A stretch of 64,000 bases of DNA. It comes from a virus. Lineage: Duplodnaviria > Caudoviricetes. A program made the position numbers and the translations under genes. Every line of letters begins with the position of its first letter. The stretch's first letter is position 1. The stretch is taken from positions 1,185-65,184 of IMG/VR virus record IMGVR_UViG_3300022908_000070; one strand, given 5' to 3'. The notes under the pieces were generated by a model. The model saw only the letters and a list, made by a program, of their open reading frames with translations, had not been told where the DNA came from and made no database searches. Shown here piece by piece: positions 46,970 to 56,068 of this stretch.

Positions 46970-47401
46970 TTAGAGTTGACTGTTCAAAAATTCTATTTCT
47001 AATCTCAGTTCGCCGTCAAGTTGCATGAGCTCAATAAGACGGTCCCGATTGTGAATGACGGTCGTATGGTCCTTTGCGAATAACTGACCTATCGACACCA
47101 TACTCATTTTGGTCCGGACGGCGAGCAAATACATGATCACCCGGCGGACGGCTACCACCTCTTTCTTCCTGGTCTTCCTGACTATATCCTCCCATTTGGC
47201 CCCGTAATATTCCAGAACCTTATTACTGATCCTTTCGAAGGTTAGCCGCCCTCTTTTCCTCTTTCTGCTGGTTGCCATTGTTTTAGGGTAGTATCTCTCT
47301 GTGATGTAATCTGTAAGTATTCCGGGCAAATCCTCATGCCTATGAAGACGCTGCATGCGCTTTATCTCGCTTAGTAATAATTCAGGGCTGGGCTTTAGCA
47401 T
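46970..47401 (-). CDS. DnaA C-terminal (domain IV)-like DNA-binding protein
   Basis: RR.IMYL....S...IG..F.KDHTTVIH. Confidence 0.8.
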   Translation of the reverse strand: MLKPSPELLLSEIKRMQRLHRHEDLPGILTDYITERYYPKTMATSRKRKRGRLTFERISNKVLEYYGAKWEDIVRKTRKKEVVAVRRVIMYLLAVRTKMSMVSIGQLFAKDHTTVIHNRDRLIELMQLDGELRLEIEFLNSQL

Positions 47402-47403
47402 GG

Positions 47404-48807
47404 TTAAAAGGGGTTATCGCGTTGATAATCGACGTCGGGCGCAATGCTGCTGACCGGTCGGAAATTGTTTTGCTTATTGAATCGGAAGGCCATTTTCGGC
47501 CCGTCGAACTCCAACGGGATATGAAGGTTGGGTTCCGCGTTTCTCCATTTCCGCACAATGAGGTCCGCCTGGTTTTCGGTGCTATTCCCATCCGCATCCT
47601 GGGTAATGCCCACTACCCAGTCCCGGTGAATGAACATGACCACGTCGGCATCCTGCTCGATAGCGCCGGATTCCCGCAGATCACTCAGCTGCGGATAACG
47701 GGCGTCTCCCTGCCGTTTGGTCGCCTCCCGGTTCAGCTGGCAGAGGATAGCGATGGGAATATTCAACTCCTTGGCCATGATCTTCACTGCCCTACTGATC
47801 TCGCTGATGATGTTTTCCCGAGTTTTGTTCTTTGGCTGGTCGGAGCTGATCAACTGCAGATAGTCAATGAAGAGGAAATCCAATCCTTTTTTTGCTTTCA
47901 GCTTATCAGCTTTTGCGCGGATGTCGATGGTGCTGACTTTTGTAGCGTCGGATACGGAAATAGGCAGGTAGGAGGTCGACCGGGCCAGCCGATCATAAAA
48001 CCGGGCCTTTTCGTTTTCATCCTGAAACAGACCCCGGTATATCCGCTGGAAATCCATATCCGTATCCAGAGCGCTCAGGCGGCCCGCTATTTCGTTGTTC
48101 GACATCTCCAGGGATATAATCCCTACCTTCTTCCCTGCCCTCGCCATATTGACCGCTAATTGGCCCATAAAGGCACTCTTGCCGGCGCCGGGTCGCGCGC
48201 CGATGACGATAACATTACCAGGGAAGAAACCGCCGTTCTTTTCGTCCAGGTCACGGATGCCTGTTTTTATATAGGCTTCCGGATTGGCGGCCAGGTGCTC
48301 CTGGTGCTTCAGCAGCCCCATTGCCAGCTCCGACATATCATACCAGTCTTTTACAAATTCCCCGGAATTGATATCCCGGATGGCCGTCTGGAGCTGAATG
48401 AGCTTCATTGAGACGTCACCCTCCAGCGCTACGCCGCCGGTTGTAAGCTTGATAACCTCCCGTTCCATCCACATGCGTTTCAGTACCCAGGAATGAAATT
48501 CGATGTTCGCTGAGCTGACAACCGCGTTTGTGAGCTTCGTCAGATAATAGCCCACATTGTCCCCCGCCAAGTGCTCGAAAGCGAAGACCCGCCTGATTCG
48601 GTCTGTGACCGTGAGGATATCCACAGGAAGCCCGATGGAATAAAGTTCGTTGATAGCCCTGTAGGTAACCTGGTTAGCATTGGCGTAAAATATTTCTTCT
48701 TTCAAAACCCCATGCGTACGGCCAAAGGCGGTCTTTTCCAGCATGCTGGCTCCCAGGATGGCCGCTTCAAGGTCGGGTGAGTAGTGTATGTCCTTTTGGA
48801 ATTCCAT
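47404..48807 (-). CDS. DnaB-like replicative helicase
   Basis: GARPGAGKS, SLEMS, IDYLQL, QLNR, DLRESGAIEQDAD. Confidence 0.95.
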   Translation of the reverse strand: MEFQKDIHYSPDLEAAILGASMLEKTAFGRTHGVLKEEIFYANANQVTYRAINELYSIGLPVDILTVTDRIRRVFAFEHLAGDNVGYYLTKLTNAVVSSANIEFHSWVLKRMWMEREVIKLTTGGVALEGDVSMKLIQLQTAIRDINSGEFVKDWYDMSELAMGLLKHQEHLAANPEAYIKTGIRDLDEKNGGFFPGNVIVIGARPGAGKSAFMGQLAVNMARAGKKVGIISLEMSNNEIAGRLSALDTDMDFQRIYRGLFQDENEKARFYDRLARSTSYLPISVSDATKVSTIDIRAKADKLKAKKGLDFLFIDYLQLISSDQPKNKTRENIISEISRAVKIMAKELNIPIAILCQLNREATKRQGDARYPQLSDLRESGAIEQDADVVMFIHRDWVVGITQDADGNSTENQADLIVRKWRNAEPNLHIPLEFDGPKMAFRFNKQNNFRPVSSIAPDVDYQRDNPF

Positions 48808-49580
48808 CAGTTACGAATAATTTTTTTAAGAGGCGCGGCGCCAGTCGTTTCTATTTTCACCACAGGAGTTTGTTCTATTTTCTGATCTTTAAGCCAATTG
48901 CGGAAATGTTTCACCAAGTCTGCGCGGGTCTGATAAAACTGTTCGCCGCTTAGGTTTAACCGGAAGGCCGTCCAGTAATCGGCGATTCGCTGATCAGTCA
49001 ACATGATTTGCTTTAGCCGGAAAATGAATTCAATGGCCGTGGTCGTCTCTCCTGATTCCAGCAAAATTTCCAGATCAGCTTTTGGGTAATAGTCCCAATT
49101 TTCTTTTTTATCTTTTTCTTTAATTGGATACTGGTTACTGGTTACTGGTATAGCTTTCACTTGGGTTTCGGTTGGGTTAGGCGTTGGGTTTTCCGTCGTT
49201 AAGCCGTCGGTTTCCGAAATTAAACCCGTCGCTTTTCCGTCGCTTAGCGATGGCTTTTTAGGGCGACCCCCCTTTTTCCCATTCTTTGCGTTCGCTTCTA
49301 TTTTTTTAATCGCCGCGTTCCTGACATCGATCATAAAGCCATTCTGTAATTCACCCTGGTTTTCGCCCGCCTTAAATTTCTTCGAAAGCAAAGGCCAATT
49401 CTTTTTATAACTGGTGATCAGCCTGGATAACTCCATCGGATCTTCTGGAATAAAACCCCTGTCGGCCTGCTCAATTAAAAGTTTCACATAAGCGCCCACC
49501 TCTTCATCCGACCAGCCTTTGGTGCTGGCGATAAACCGTTGAAAATAAAAGTCGAAATAATGTAGCTTGTGTTCTGGCAT
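48807..49580 (-). CDS. Replication initiator (DUF1376/YdaU-like)
   Basis: EEVGAYVKLL, NGKKGGRP; upstream of helicase. Confidence 0.75.
   Translation of the reverse strand: MPEHKLHYFDFYFQRFIASTKGWSDEEVGAYVKLLIEQADRGFIPEDPMELSRLITSYKKNWPLLSKKFKAGENQGELQNGFMIDVRNAAIKKIEANAKNGKKGGRPKKPSLSDGKATGLISETDGLTTENPTPNPTETQVKAIPVTSNQYPIKEKDKKENWDYYPKADLEILLESGETTTAIEFIFRLKQIMLTDQRIADYWTAFRLNLSGEQFYQTRADLVKHFRNWLKDQKIEQTPVVKIETTGAAPLKKIIRN
49131..49250. repeat. Iteron-like repeats, probable phage origin
   Basis: TTGGGTT at 49161, 49172, 49184; CCGTCG at 49193, 49204, 49226, 49237. Confidence 0.6.
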
Positions 49581-49600
49581 CTATGGGCTTTTATGGATTA

Positions 49601-49846
49601 TCAGGTAGCGGATTGTTTCTGGGTTTCATTGAATAAGGTGAAAAGGTTGGCCTGCTGACCGGGTTGGCATTTCTTCAGCATCCGGAGTAAAGTCTTCGCC
49701 GCTTCTACCTGGTGCGTCAGGGTGTTCATGTTAGTTGCTCCGAAGGCCTGCGCCCCCGCATACCGCTTTTCTTTATCGGCCAACAACTCAGCTGCAAGGG
49801 CAACCAGATCGGTATATGTGACGGTATGAGGGGATTTGCGCGGCAT
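49601..49846 (-). CDS. Hypothetical protein
   Basis: Likely start MPRKSPH just after upstream stop. Confidence 0.55.
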   Translation of the reverse strand: MPRKSPHTVTYTDLVALAAELLADKEKRYAGAQAFGATNMNTLTHQVEAAKTLLRMLKKCQPGQQANLFTLFNETQKQSAT

Positions 49847-49847
49847 G

Positions 49848-50585
49848 TTATTTCCAAATAATGCAGTGATCGAGATAGCCAGCAACCTGGTCCTTGAATA
49901 TCTTCTTCCTGTCCGCGTCGATGATCTCGATAAGCTCCACGGATTCAAACCAGAACCGGACGGAAGCGTCCGTTGCATCAAGACAGATCTCCACCCGGAA
50001 CTTCTTTGCCGGCTGACCCTTAAAGACAGGCATCTCCAAGGTGAACTCTGTGGGGATATTACTGCTGTCGATCGTCTTCTTAAACATTGCCTCCCTGTTG
50101 CCCCGGTCGTCAGATTCATTCTTAAGATTCGTCTGGCCGGTCAGGTTGAGCTTTTGGTATGCGCTCAGCATGATCATGTGCTGGCTGGGATCGGGGAAGA
50201 AGCGGCGGTTTAATTTCAGCAACTTTATCAGCTGCTCCCTGGTAAACTGCGTATCCTTGTTAATACTCCACACCAGTAAGTCGGGGTTGAATTCCAGCTT
50301 ACCGATAACGACTGTCCCGAACGGGTGGTTAGGGTCTACATCAAGGGTAATGGTCCCGGCCAATTCGTCCATGGTGATGACGGCAAGGTCCCGGTCAATG
50401 TACTGAAGGCAGTCCGCCGGCTGCAGCGTTCCCCTGCGAGCAGTCAGATAGCTGTTTACGGATTCGATCTGCCCGATGATCTTCAGCGGTAAAGGGTGCT
50501 TGGGGTCCAGCGCCTTGCCTTCCAAAACACTGATGGTATCGCCTCTGGGCGAAATGAGATACTGATTTCCTGATTCCGATTTCAT
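49848..50585 (-). CDS. Conserved phage protein (DUF2303-like)
   Basis: IPTEFTLEMPVFKG motif. Confidence 0.6.
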   Translation of the reverse strand: MKSESGNQYLISPRGDTISVLEGKALDPKHPLPLKIIGQIESVNSYLTARRGTLQPADCLQYIDRDLAVITMDELAGTITLDVDPNHPFGTVVIGKLEFNPDLLVWSINKDTQFTREQLIKLLKLNRRFFPDPSQHMIMLSAYQKLNLTGQTNLKNESDDRGNREAMFKKTIDSSNIPTEFTLEMPVFKGQPAKKFRVEICLDATDASVRFWFESVELIEIIDADRKKIFKDQVAGYLDHCIIWK

Positions 50586-50633
50586 GCAAAAAATTTAGAA
50601 TTTGTTGTAAAAAATATTTCTCGAAATTTGTAA

Positions 50634-51065
50634 TTACTCCCCGTTGGCTACTTTCCCGCCGGGCGCAATGAACAGACGGGCCTGCTTCTCTTCCGGCTTC
50701 AGCCTCCGAGATGCCACGAACTCACCCATCTCGTCGTAGGTGTTCATGACCGATTGCTCATGGTCCGCGAAATGGAAAAGCATGCCATTGACTTCTTCCT
50801 TGCCTGTTTCAACCTGCTGGCAAAGCAGCCGGGTTTGGTCTTTCAAAGGATCGATCTGAGCCTTAAATGCGGCTACGGCATCCTTCTTTTCTTCTTCCAG
50901 GTGGAAAACCCTGATGCAGTTGGCCGTAAGCGTCTCCCGCTTGATGTCTTTTTCCTCGTTGGTGAGGTCTTTTAAATAGCTGGTCTTCTCGTGACCATCG
51001 CAGTTGTCCATCAGGACCTGCAGTCTTTGTGCCGGTGGCACGTCCGCAAACATTGTCTTTGCCAT
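50634..51065 (-). CDS. Conserved Bacteroidota phage hypothetical protein
   Basis: LMDNCD..E...Y, ends SRRLKPEEKQ. Confidence 0.65.
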   Translation of the reverse strand: MAKTMFADVPPAQRLQVLMDNCDGHEKTSYLKDLTNEEKDIKRETLTANCIRVFHLEEEKKDAVAAFKAQIDPLKDQTRLLCQQVETGKEEVNGMLFHFADHEQSVMNTYDEMGEFVASRRLKPEEKQARLFIAPGGKVANGE

Positions 51066-51088
51066 AATGGGGGTATTTTTATTGTTTG

Positions 51089-51943
51089 TTAAAAAGCGAG
51101 TAATTGTTTTTTTCCTTCCAGTGCGGCTTTTACATTCTTAACAGCCTGATCGAAATATGCTTTCTTCAGCTCGATGCCGACTCCTTTTCGCCCCATCTTT
51201 ATCGCCTGGAAGATCTCTGATCCTATCCCCATGAAAGTGGTCAGGACGGTATCTCCTTCGTTAGTATATAGATGGATAAGCCTTTCTATGGTGGGGAGTT
51301 GGAGCGGGCAAATGTGTTTTTCGTCCTGTTCTTCCCTGGCTGTAGTTGCGTTAAGCGTGTCGCCATAGTCTATGTCCATCCATACAGGGGAGGCGTATCG
51401 CTGCCATGTATCGACCGATATAGGGCACTTTACCGGGTCGGCGCGGTCTCCGTCCTTCCGGAAGATCAGGATGTAATCAGGAATCCCCACCCGGCTCATT
51501 GTAGAATCTTTCTTTACCTGCTTATGAAGCAGTCCGAGGGCTTTAGTCCGCTGCATTTCGGTGACCGGATTCTTCCATATGGTCACCCGGGAGTGATAGA
51601 TAAATCCAGCCTTTTCCATTTCCCGGAGGATAATCCCGGAGAAGTCCCGCAAACCGATGTAACCGTATTTGCCTTTTTGAACAGGAGTATCCATGCAGTG
51701 GATAGCAATATTGCGTCCCGGTTTCGTGACCCGGTATAGCTGCGGAGGAAGAAAACCGAAATGCTCCTCAAATTCCTCGTAGGTCTTACAGTTGCCCATG
51801 TCCCGTTTGTCATCCGAGTAACAGTACAGATCAGGAAACGGGGGGCTGAAGACTGTAAAGCCTATGCTTTCATCCGGGACACCTGGCAACTCTTCAATGC
51901 TATCGCCATGAATAAGCTTATTTCCTTGCAAATCAACGGTCAT
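51089..51943 (-). CDS. N4-C/N6-A DNA methyltransferase (beta class)
   Basis: FSPPF, HICPLQL, FMGIGS, GIELK. Confidence 0.9.
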   Translation of the reverse strand: MTVDLQGNKLIHGDSIEELPGVPDESIGFTVFSPPFPDLYCYSDDKRDMGNCKTYEEFEEHFGFLPPQLYRVTKPGRNIAIHCMDTPVQKGKYGYIGLRDFSGIILREMEKAGFIYHSRVTIWKNPVTEMQRTKALGLLHKQVKKDSTMSRVGIPDYILIFRKDGDRADPVKCPISVDTWQRYASPVWMDIDYGDTLNATTAREEQDEKHICPLQLPTIERLIHLYTNEGDTVLTTFMGIGSEIFQAIKMGRKGVGIELKKAYFDQAVKNVKAALEGKKQLLAF

Positions 51944-53217
51944 ACTGCTATATTTTTGGTCATTAAGTATTTCATTTTTTCGAACTGAGCCTGCTTTTGC
52001 TTGATGGACTGCGAGACGTTCCGCATGGTGTCGGTCGTGATCAGGAAGGCGTTTACGGCATGCCGCTGGCCGAACCGATGGAACCGCCTGATCGCCTGGT
52101 AAAGACGCTCAAAGGAAAAGTCAAGGGAAGCAAAAACGGTATTGTGGCAGTTCTGGTAATTGAGGCCAAACGAGGCAATCTTTTGCTTGGTTATCAGCAC
52201 CCGGAATTGATTCTCTGCGAAACCCTGAAGCATTTCCTCCTTATACTCGGAGCTGTCTGAACCCGTAACCTCATAAGACCCAGGGATAAGCCGGCGGAGC
52301 ATTTCGCCTTCGGGGTTGTGATTTATCCAGACCACAAAATTTTCAGAAGAATTATTGACGATTTCTGCGGTGGAGTGCATGCGGGCGACCATCGTCCGGC
52401 GAAGCTCGGCGTTAAATTGGGTAGCCGAAACGGCCATATCATTGTAGAGGGAAAGACCGACGGATTCTGTTTTGATCTGGCGTTCGATGTAATTGAGGCC
52501 AGGGAGATTGTAACCCTCGTCGTCAAATCCGATATCTGACGGCCTGCTGAGCATGGTCGCCCAGCTGCGGACGTATTCATAGAATTTAAACTCTGCATGA
52601 CCTTTAAGCCGCCATTTCGCCGTTTCACCGCCATCGTGGACAAAGTACATAGATAGCATCTCCTGCCGGCTCATGGCGCCAAGGAATTCGCTGTGGTTGC
52701 CTAACTCCATCGGGTCGTTCGGGGCGGGCGTAGCCGTCGCTGCCAGCTTGTAGGGGGTATTCCGGAAACCTTCAATGATCATATTCCGGTAGGCTCCTTC
52801 GTAATTTTTGAGGATGGAGCTTTCATCCAGGCCGACACCAGCGTACTTCGAAAAATCAACCTTATCGAGATTCTCGAAGTTGATGACCTCGATGGCATTG
52901 TCAGTGCCGAACTTTGAGATATTGGCACCGTACCCGAATTTCTGAGCCTCCCGGATTGTTTGAGCGCCGACGGCCAAAGGGCAGGTGATTAGAAAAGGGC
53001 GTCCGGTATGGTTTGCTACCTGGCTGGCAAATTCCAACTCCATGAGTGTTTTGCCTAGCCCACAATCCGCGAAGATCCCGAAACGTCCCTTTTCAAGCGC
53101 CTGGGTAACAACATGTTTTTGGAATGGGAAAAGAGAAGGATTTAATGCAGTCGGAGTAAATCCCCCGGCGTGAAACCTCTTTTCCTTTTTTTGAAGAAAC
53201 TGTTCGTATGTACTCAT
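51940..53217 (-). CDS. SF2 helicase-like protein
   Basis: DCGLGKT, LDESS, ATATPAPN, QAIRRFHRFGQ. Confidence 0.88.
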   Translation of the reverse strand: MSTYEQFLQKKEKRFHAGGFTPTALNPSLFPFQKHVVTQALEKGRFGIFADCGLGKTLMELEFASQVANHTGRPFLITCPLAVGAQTIREAQKFGYGANISKFGTDNAIEVINFENLDKVDFSKYAGVGLDESSILKNYEGAYRNMIIEGFRNTPYKLAATATPAPNDPMELGNHSEFLGAMSRQEMLSMYFVHDGGETAKWRLKGHAEFKFYEYVRSWATMLSRPSDIGFDDEGYNLPGLNYIERQIKTESVGLSLYNDMAVSATQFNAELRRTMVARMHSTAEIVNNSSENFVVWINHNPEGEMLRRLIPGSYEVTGSDSSEYKEEMLQGFAENQFRVLITKQKIASFGLNYQNCHNTVFASLDFSFERLYQAIRRFHRFGQRHAVNAFLITTDTMRNVSQSIKQKQAQFEKMKYLMTKNIAV

Positions 53218-54392
53218 TGGATGTTTAGCTTAAAGATTTTATCGACCATATCAATTCTCAGCCCTATTCTGCGCATGACGGGTATGGCCATTGAGTTGCC
53301 GATGCTTTCATATCGAGGCGAGTCTGCGGCACCAGGAATTCCAGTATAATGATCCGGAAATCCTTGGAGTCTTTCGCATTCAAGTGGAGACAGGCGCCGC
53401 ACGCAATGCTCCTGCTGGATGATATCGCCGCCATTATTTGAAATTCCTTGATTGGCGGTTATGGGTTGAGTGACCTGAACTTCTCGAGCTTTGTAATCTT
53501 TGGAGCTATTCATCGGCATGATTGACCATATAAAAGTTTCAGATTCGAAATCGAGGCGGCCGGAGGCCGATTTGCTGCTGTTTACTGCCGTGGCTATACC
53601 TATAGGACCAGAAGTATTATTGCCGCCAAAAACTAAGGTTGAATGTCCATGCCCAGCGTCCTTTCCGCTGGCGCCCTGCAAGCGGCCATAGGATGCATCT
53701 ATTGTTCCGGCGATAAGCAATCCGGCCCCGGCCTCTTCAGCGCCGATGCTACGGCCACCAGTGCGCTTTCCAATGGTTCCGGCAACCGTTTGCCTCTTTT
53801 TGCTGCTCTTCGGAGAATCCCGGCGCAGGCCTTCGGGCTCAAATAATACCGCTGCAGATGGTCTCCAGTCGTCTCCAAAATGTCCGACAACGAAGACTCT
53901 ACGGCGTCTTTGGGGTACTCCGTAAAATTGAGCGTCCAGCACCCTCCAGGAGCAACTATACCCGCAGTCCCGAAACGAGGTGAGGATGGACGCGAAGTCT
54001 GAGGTTTCCCAATCTTCCGTTTCATGGCTGTAAGAGCTAAAAACACCGGGGACGTTTTCCCAAACAAACCAGCGTGGCCGTTTTGCAATAAGAATTCTGC
54101 AAAATTCAAGGGCCAGGTTTCCACGATCATCCGCAAGGCCTCCGCGGAGCCCAGCTGTGCTGAATGACTGGCAGGGGGTTCCTCCGACGAGAAGATCGAT
54201 AGCTGATTGCTGGAAGTGCTCATTATGTCCGATTTTAAGCATGTCTCCCAGGTTGGGGACATTAGGGTAATAGTGCTGAAGGAGACGGCAGGGGAATCTC
54301 CCGATCTCGCTAAACCATGCCGGTTGCCACCCGAGGGGGTGCCAGGCCACAGTTGCAGCTTCAATTCCAGAACAGACAGATCCGTAAGTCAT
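53214..54392 (-). CDS. DNA (cytosine-5) methyltransferase
   Basis: SVCSGIE, GGTPCQSFS, ENVPG, QRRRR, ECERLQGFP, GNS. Confidence 0.95.
   Translation of the reverse strand: MTYGSVCSGIEAATVAWHPLGWQPAWFSEIGRFPCRLLQHYYPNVPNLGDMLKIGHNEHFQQSAIDLLVGGTPCQSFSTAGLRGGLADDRGNLALEFCRILIAKRPRWFVWENVPGVFSSYSHETEDWETSDFASILTSFRDCGYSCSWRVLDAQFYGVPQRRRRVFVVGHFGDDWRPSAAVLFEPEGLRRDSPKSSKKRQTVAGTIGKRTGGRSIGAEEAGAGLLIAGTIDASYGRLQGASGKDAGHGHSTLVFGGNNTSGPIGIATAVNSSKSASGRLDFESETFIWSIMPMNSSKDYKAREVQVTQPITANQGISNNGGDIIQQEHCVRRLSPLECERLQGFPDHYTGIPGAADSPRYESIGNSMAIPVMRRIGLRIDMVDKIFKLNIQ
53699..54223 (-). CDS. Nested alternative-frame polypeptide (M.EcoHK31I beta-like)
   Basis: 174 aa from ATG 54223; WTLN..E.P.DAVESSLSDILE...YYLSPKACAGILRRA..RGK.LP. 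Confidence 0.65.
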   Translation of the reverse strand: MSTSSNQLSIFSSEEPPASHSAQLGSAEALRMIVETWPLNFAEFLLQNGHAGLFGKTSPVFLALTAMKRKIGKPQTSRPSSPRFGTAGIVAPGGCWTLNFTEYPKDAVESSLSDILETTGDHLQRYYLSPKACAGILRRAAKRGKRLPEPLESALVAVASALKRPGPDCLSPEQ

Positions 54393-54498
54393 TCATCCTG
54401 CTTTTAATAGATAGAAAATTGTTTCGATTCAATTTCCAGCAGGGACAGATTAAAGCGCGTGTCTCCGAAGACTGAGGCGCTATGGGGACATTAAAAAC

Positions 54499-54891
54499 TT
54501 ATTGTATCAGAAGCTTTTCAACTTCGTCCCTTCTCTTTTTTACTTTCGGCACCTTGTCCAGATCAACCTCAGCTTGTGTGTGACAGTCCGGACAAAGGAT
54601 CATGATGTTTTCAGGGGTATGTCGGAACTGCGGATATTTCGCTTTCGGGAGCAGATGATGGAAGAAAAGGGTAAGCGGCTCCTTGCCGAGTTTATTTGAG
54701 CATTCTCCGCACACATGTGGGCTGGCAAGCCATATCTCCAGGTAAAAGTCTTTGTCCGCTGCTAACACAGCCTTCTCTTCGGCCTGCTTTGCTTTTGTTT
54801 TCTCGCTCATTTGCTTTAGCGGCTGCGGCTTCTTCTTCTCCCTTGGAGTTCGGGCGGCGACAAGTCGGGCAAGTACATCAGCGTTTACCAT
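54499..54891 (-). CDS. HNH endonuclease
   Basis: CGEC, HHLLPK, NIMILCPDCH. Confidence 0.8.
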   Translation of the reverse strand: MVNADVLARLVAARTPREKKKPQPLKQMSEKTKAKQAEEKAVLAADKDFYLEIWLASPHVCGECSNKLGKEPLTLFFHHLLPKAKYPQFRHTPENIMILCPDCHTQAEVDLDKVPKVKKRRDEVEKLLIQ

Positions 54892-55316
54892 TACGAGTTC
54901 GCATTTTGTTGGTTAGCATATCCTTCCAGTTTGGCCTCTTCCTTCAGCGCTGAGATGGCAGTTCTGAGGGCATCAACCGTGTGAACGATAGTCCGGCCCG
55001 TCCGCTCGCACATATCATAGTTGTACTGCTCTTCCGACACCTTGCTGGCGATATAATCCTTTGCCAAGGACGGCGCGAAATAGCTCTCATTGGCGATGCT
55101 ACTGGCAACAAGGCTCTCGTAGGCTTTTCTCTTCACGTCGTTCAACCGCTGTTTGGCGACCGCCATCTGACCGTTTATAAAGGCCATGGACTTGACCAAC
55201 ATTCCCAGCTGATCTATCAGCCAATGGACTGAAGAAGTTGCTGTATAATCGTCTGCACAGCTTTCCAGCCATTCAGCACATCCGTGGACCCGGGCCATAT
55301 CGAGAACTGGTTTCAT
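54891..55316 (-). CDS. Hypothetical helical protein
   Basis: Coupled to recombination operon. Confidence 0.6.
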   Translation of the reverse strand: MKPVLDMARVHGCAEWLESCADDYTATSSVHWLIDQLGMLVKSMAFINGQMAVAKQRLNDVKRKAYESLVASSIANESYFAPSLAKDYIASKVSEEQYNYDMCERTGRTIVHTVDALRTAISALKEEAKLEGYANQQNANS

Positions 55317-56068
55317 TAAAAGGGGGTTTTGTTGAAATTCTCTATCACCATACCTTTATCCGCCGCCCATACTGTTTTGCCGGTCACCTGCTCTACCTCC
55401 CGCTTGAAACGCGCCTCGTCGCTGTGACTGTCCGATAGATGGATCAGCACCACATTGTTGACCTGGCTCAGATCATTTGCCCGTAGAAACGCCTTGCAGT
55501 TCTGCAGTGACATATGCGACTCGATGACTCGGTCCCGCAGCATCTCTATAGTCGACCCGGATTGCCGCTTTTGCTCAAGGATGTCCTCACAGTAATTGGC
55601 CTCTACGATGATGTTATTCAGGTTCTTAAAGGAATAAGGACTATATACTGTGTCGGTCAGGAAAAGGGTTGTCCCGCATTCTGCATGACGGATCATATAC
55701 CCGCAAGGCTCCTTTGTGTCGTGGATGGTTTTAAAAGGCATTATCTGGAAGCCGCCAAGATTGAAAGACTGTTCGGTATGTTTCGGGTGAACCCGATGCG
55801 GGTTGGCCTTCCATTTATGAACAAGATCGTTGCACGTTCCGGCCGTTCCGTAGACATTGATCCCTGAATAAGTCAAGTCCTTCACACCGCAGCAATGGTC
55901 TCCGTGTTCGTGCGTGACAATGCACCCGACAACTTTAGACAGGCTAAAATTCAGCGCCTTTTTAATCATATCGAACCGAACACCGCACTCGATAAGCAAC
56001 GCCTCCTGGTCATTTTCCACGATGTAGGCGTTACCCTTCGAGTTACTGTTGATTATTTTTAGGCGCAT
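55316..56068 (-). CDS. Metallo-beta-lactamase-fold exonuclease
   Basis: THEHGDH, HD, TDT, HLS; follows RecT. Confidence 0.88.
   Translation of the reverse strand: MRLKIINSNSKGNAYIVENDQEALLIECGVRFDMIKKALNFSLSKVVGCIVTHEHGDHCCGVKDLTYSGINVYGTAGTCNDLVHKWKANPHRVHPKHTEQSFNLGGFQIMPFKTIHDTKEPCGYMIRHAECGTTLFLTDTVYSPYSFKNLNNIIVEANYCEDILEQKRQSGSTIEMLRDRVIESHMSLQNCKAFLRANDLSQVNNVVLIHLSDSHSDEARFKREVEQVTGKTVWAADKGMVIENFNKTPF

Noticed and set aside
47422-48159. 245-aa plus-strand ORF
   Set aside because: Antisense shadow of DnaB
49847-50119. N-terminal 91 aa of the 172-aa ORF
   Set aside because: Overlaps the 245-aa gene out of frame; ATG at 49846 fits operon coupling
55316-56068. Beta-lactamase resistance gene
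   Set aside because: MBL-fold gene next to RecT is the usual phage recombination exonuclease; no signal peptide
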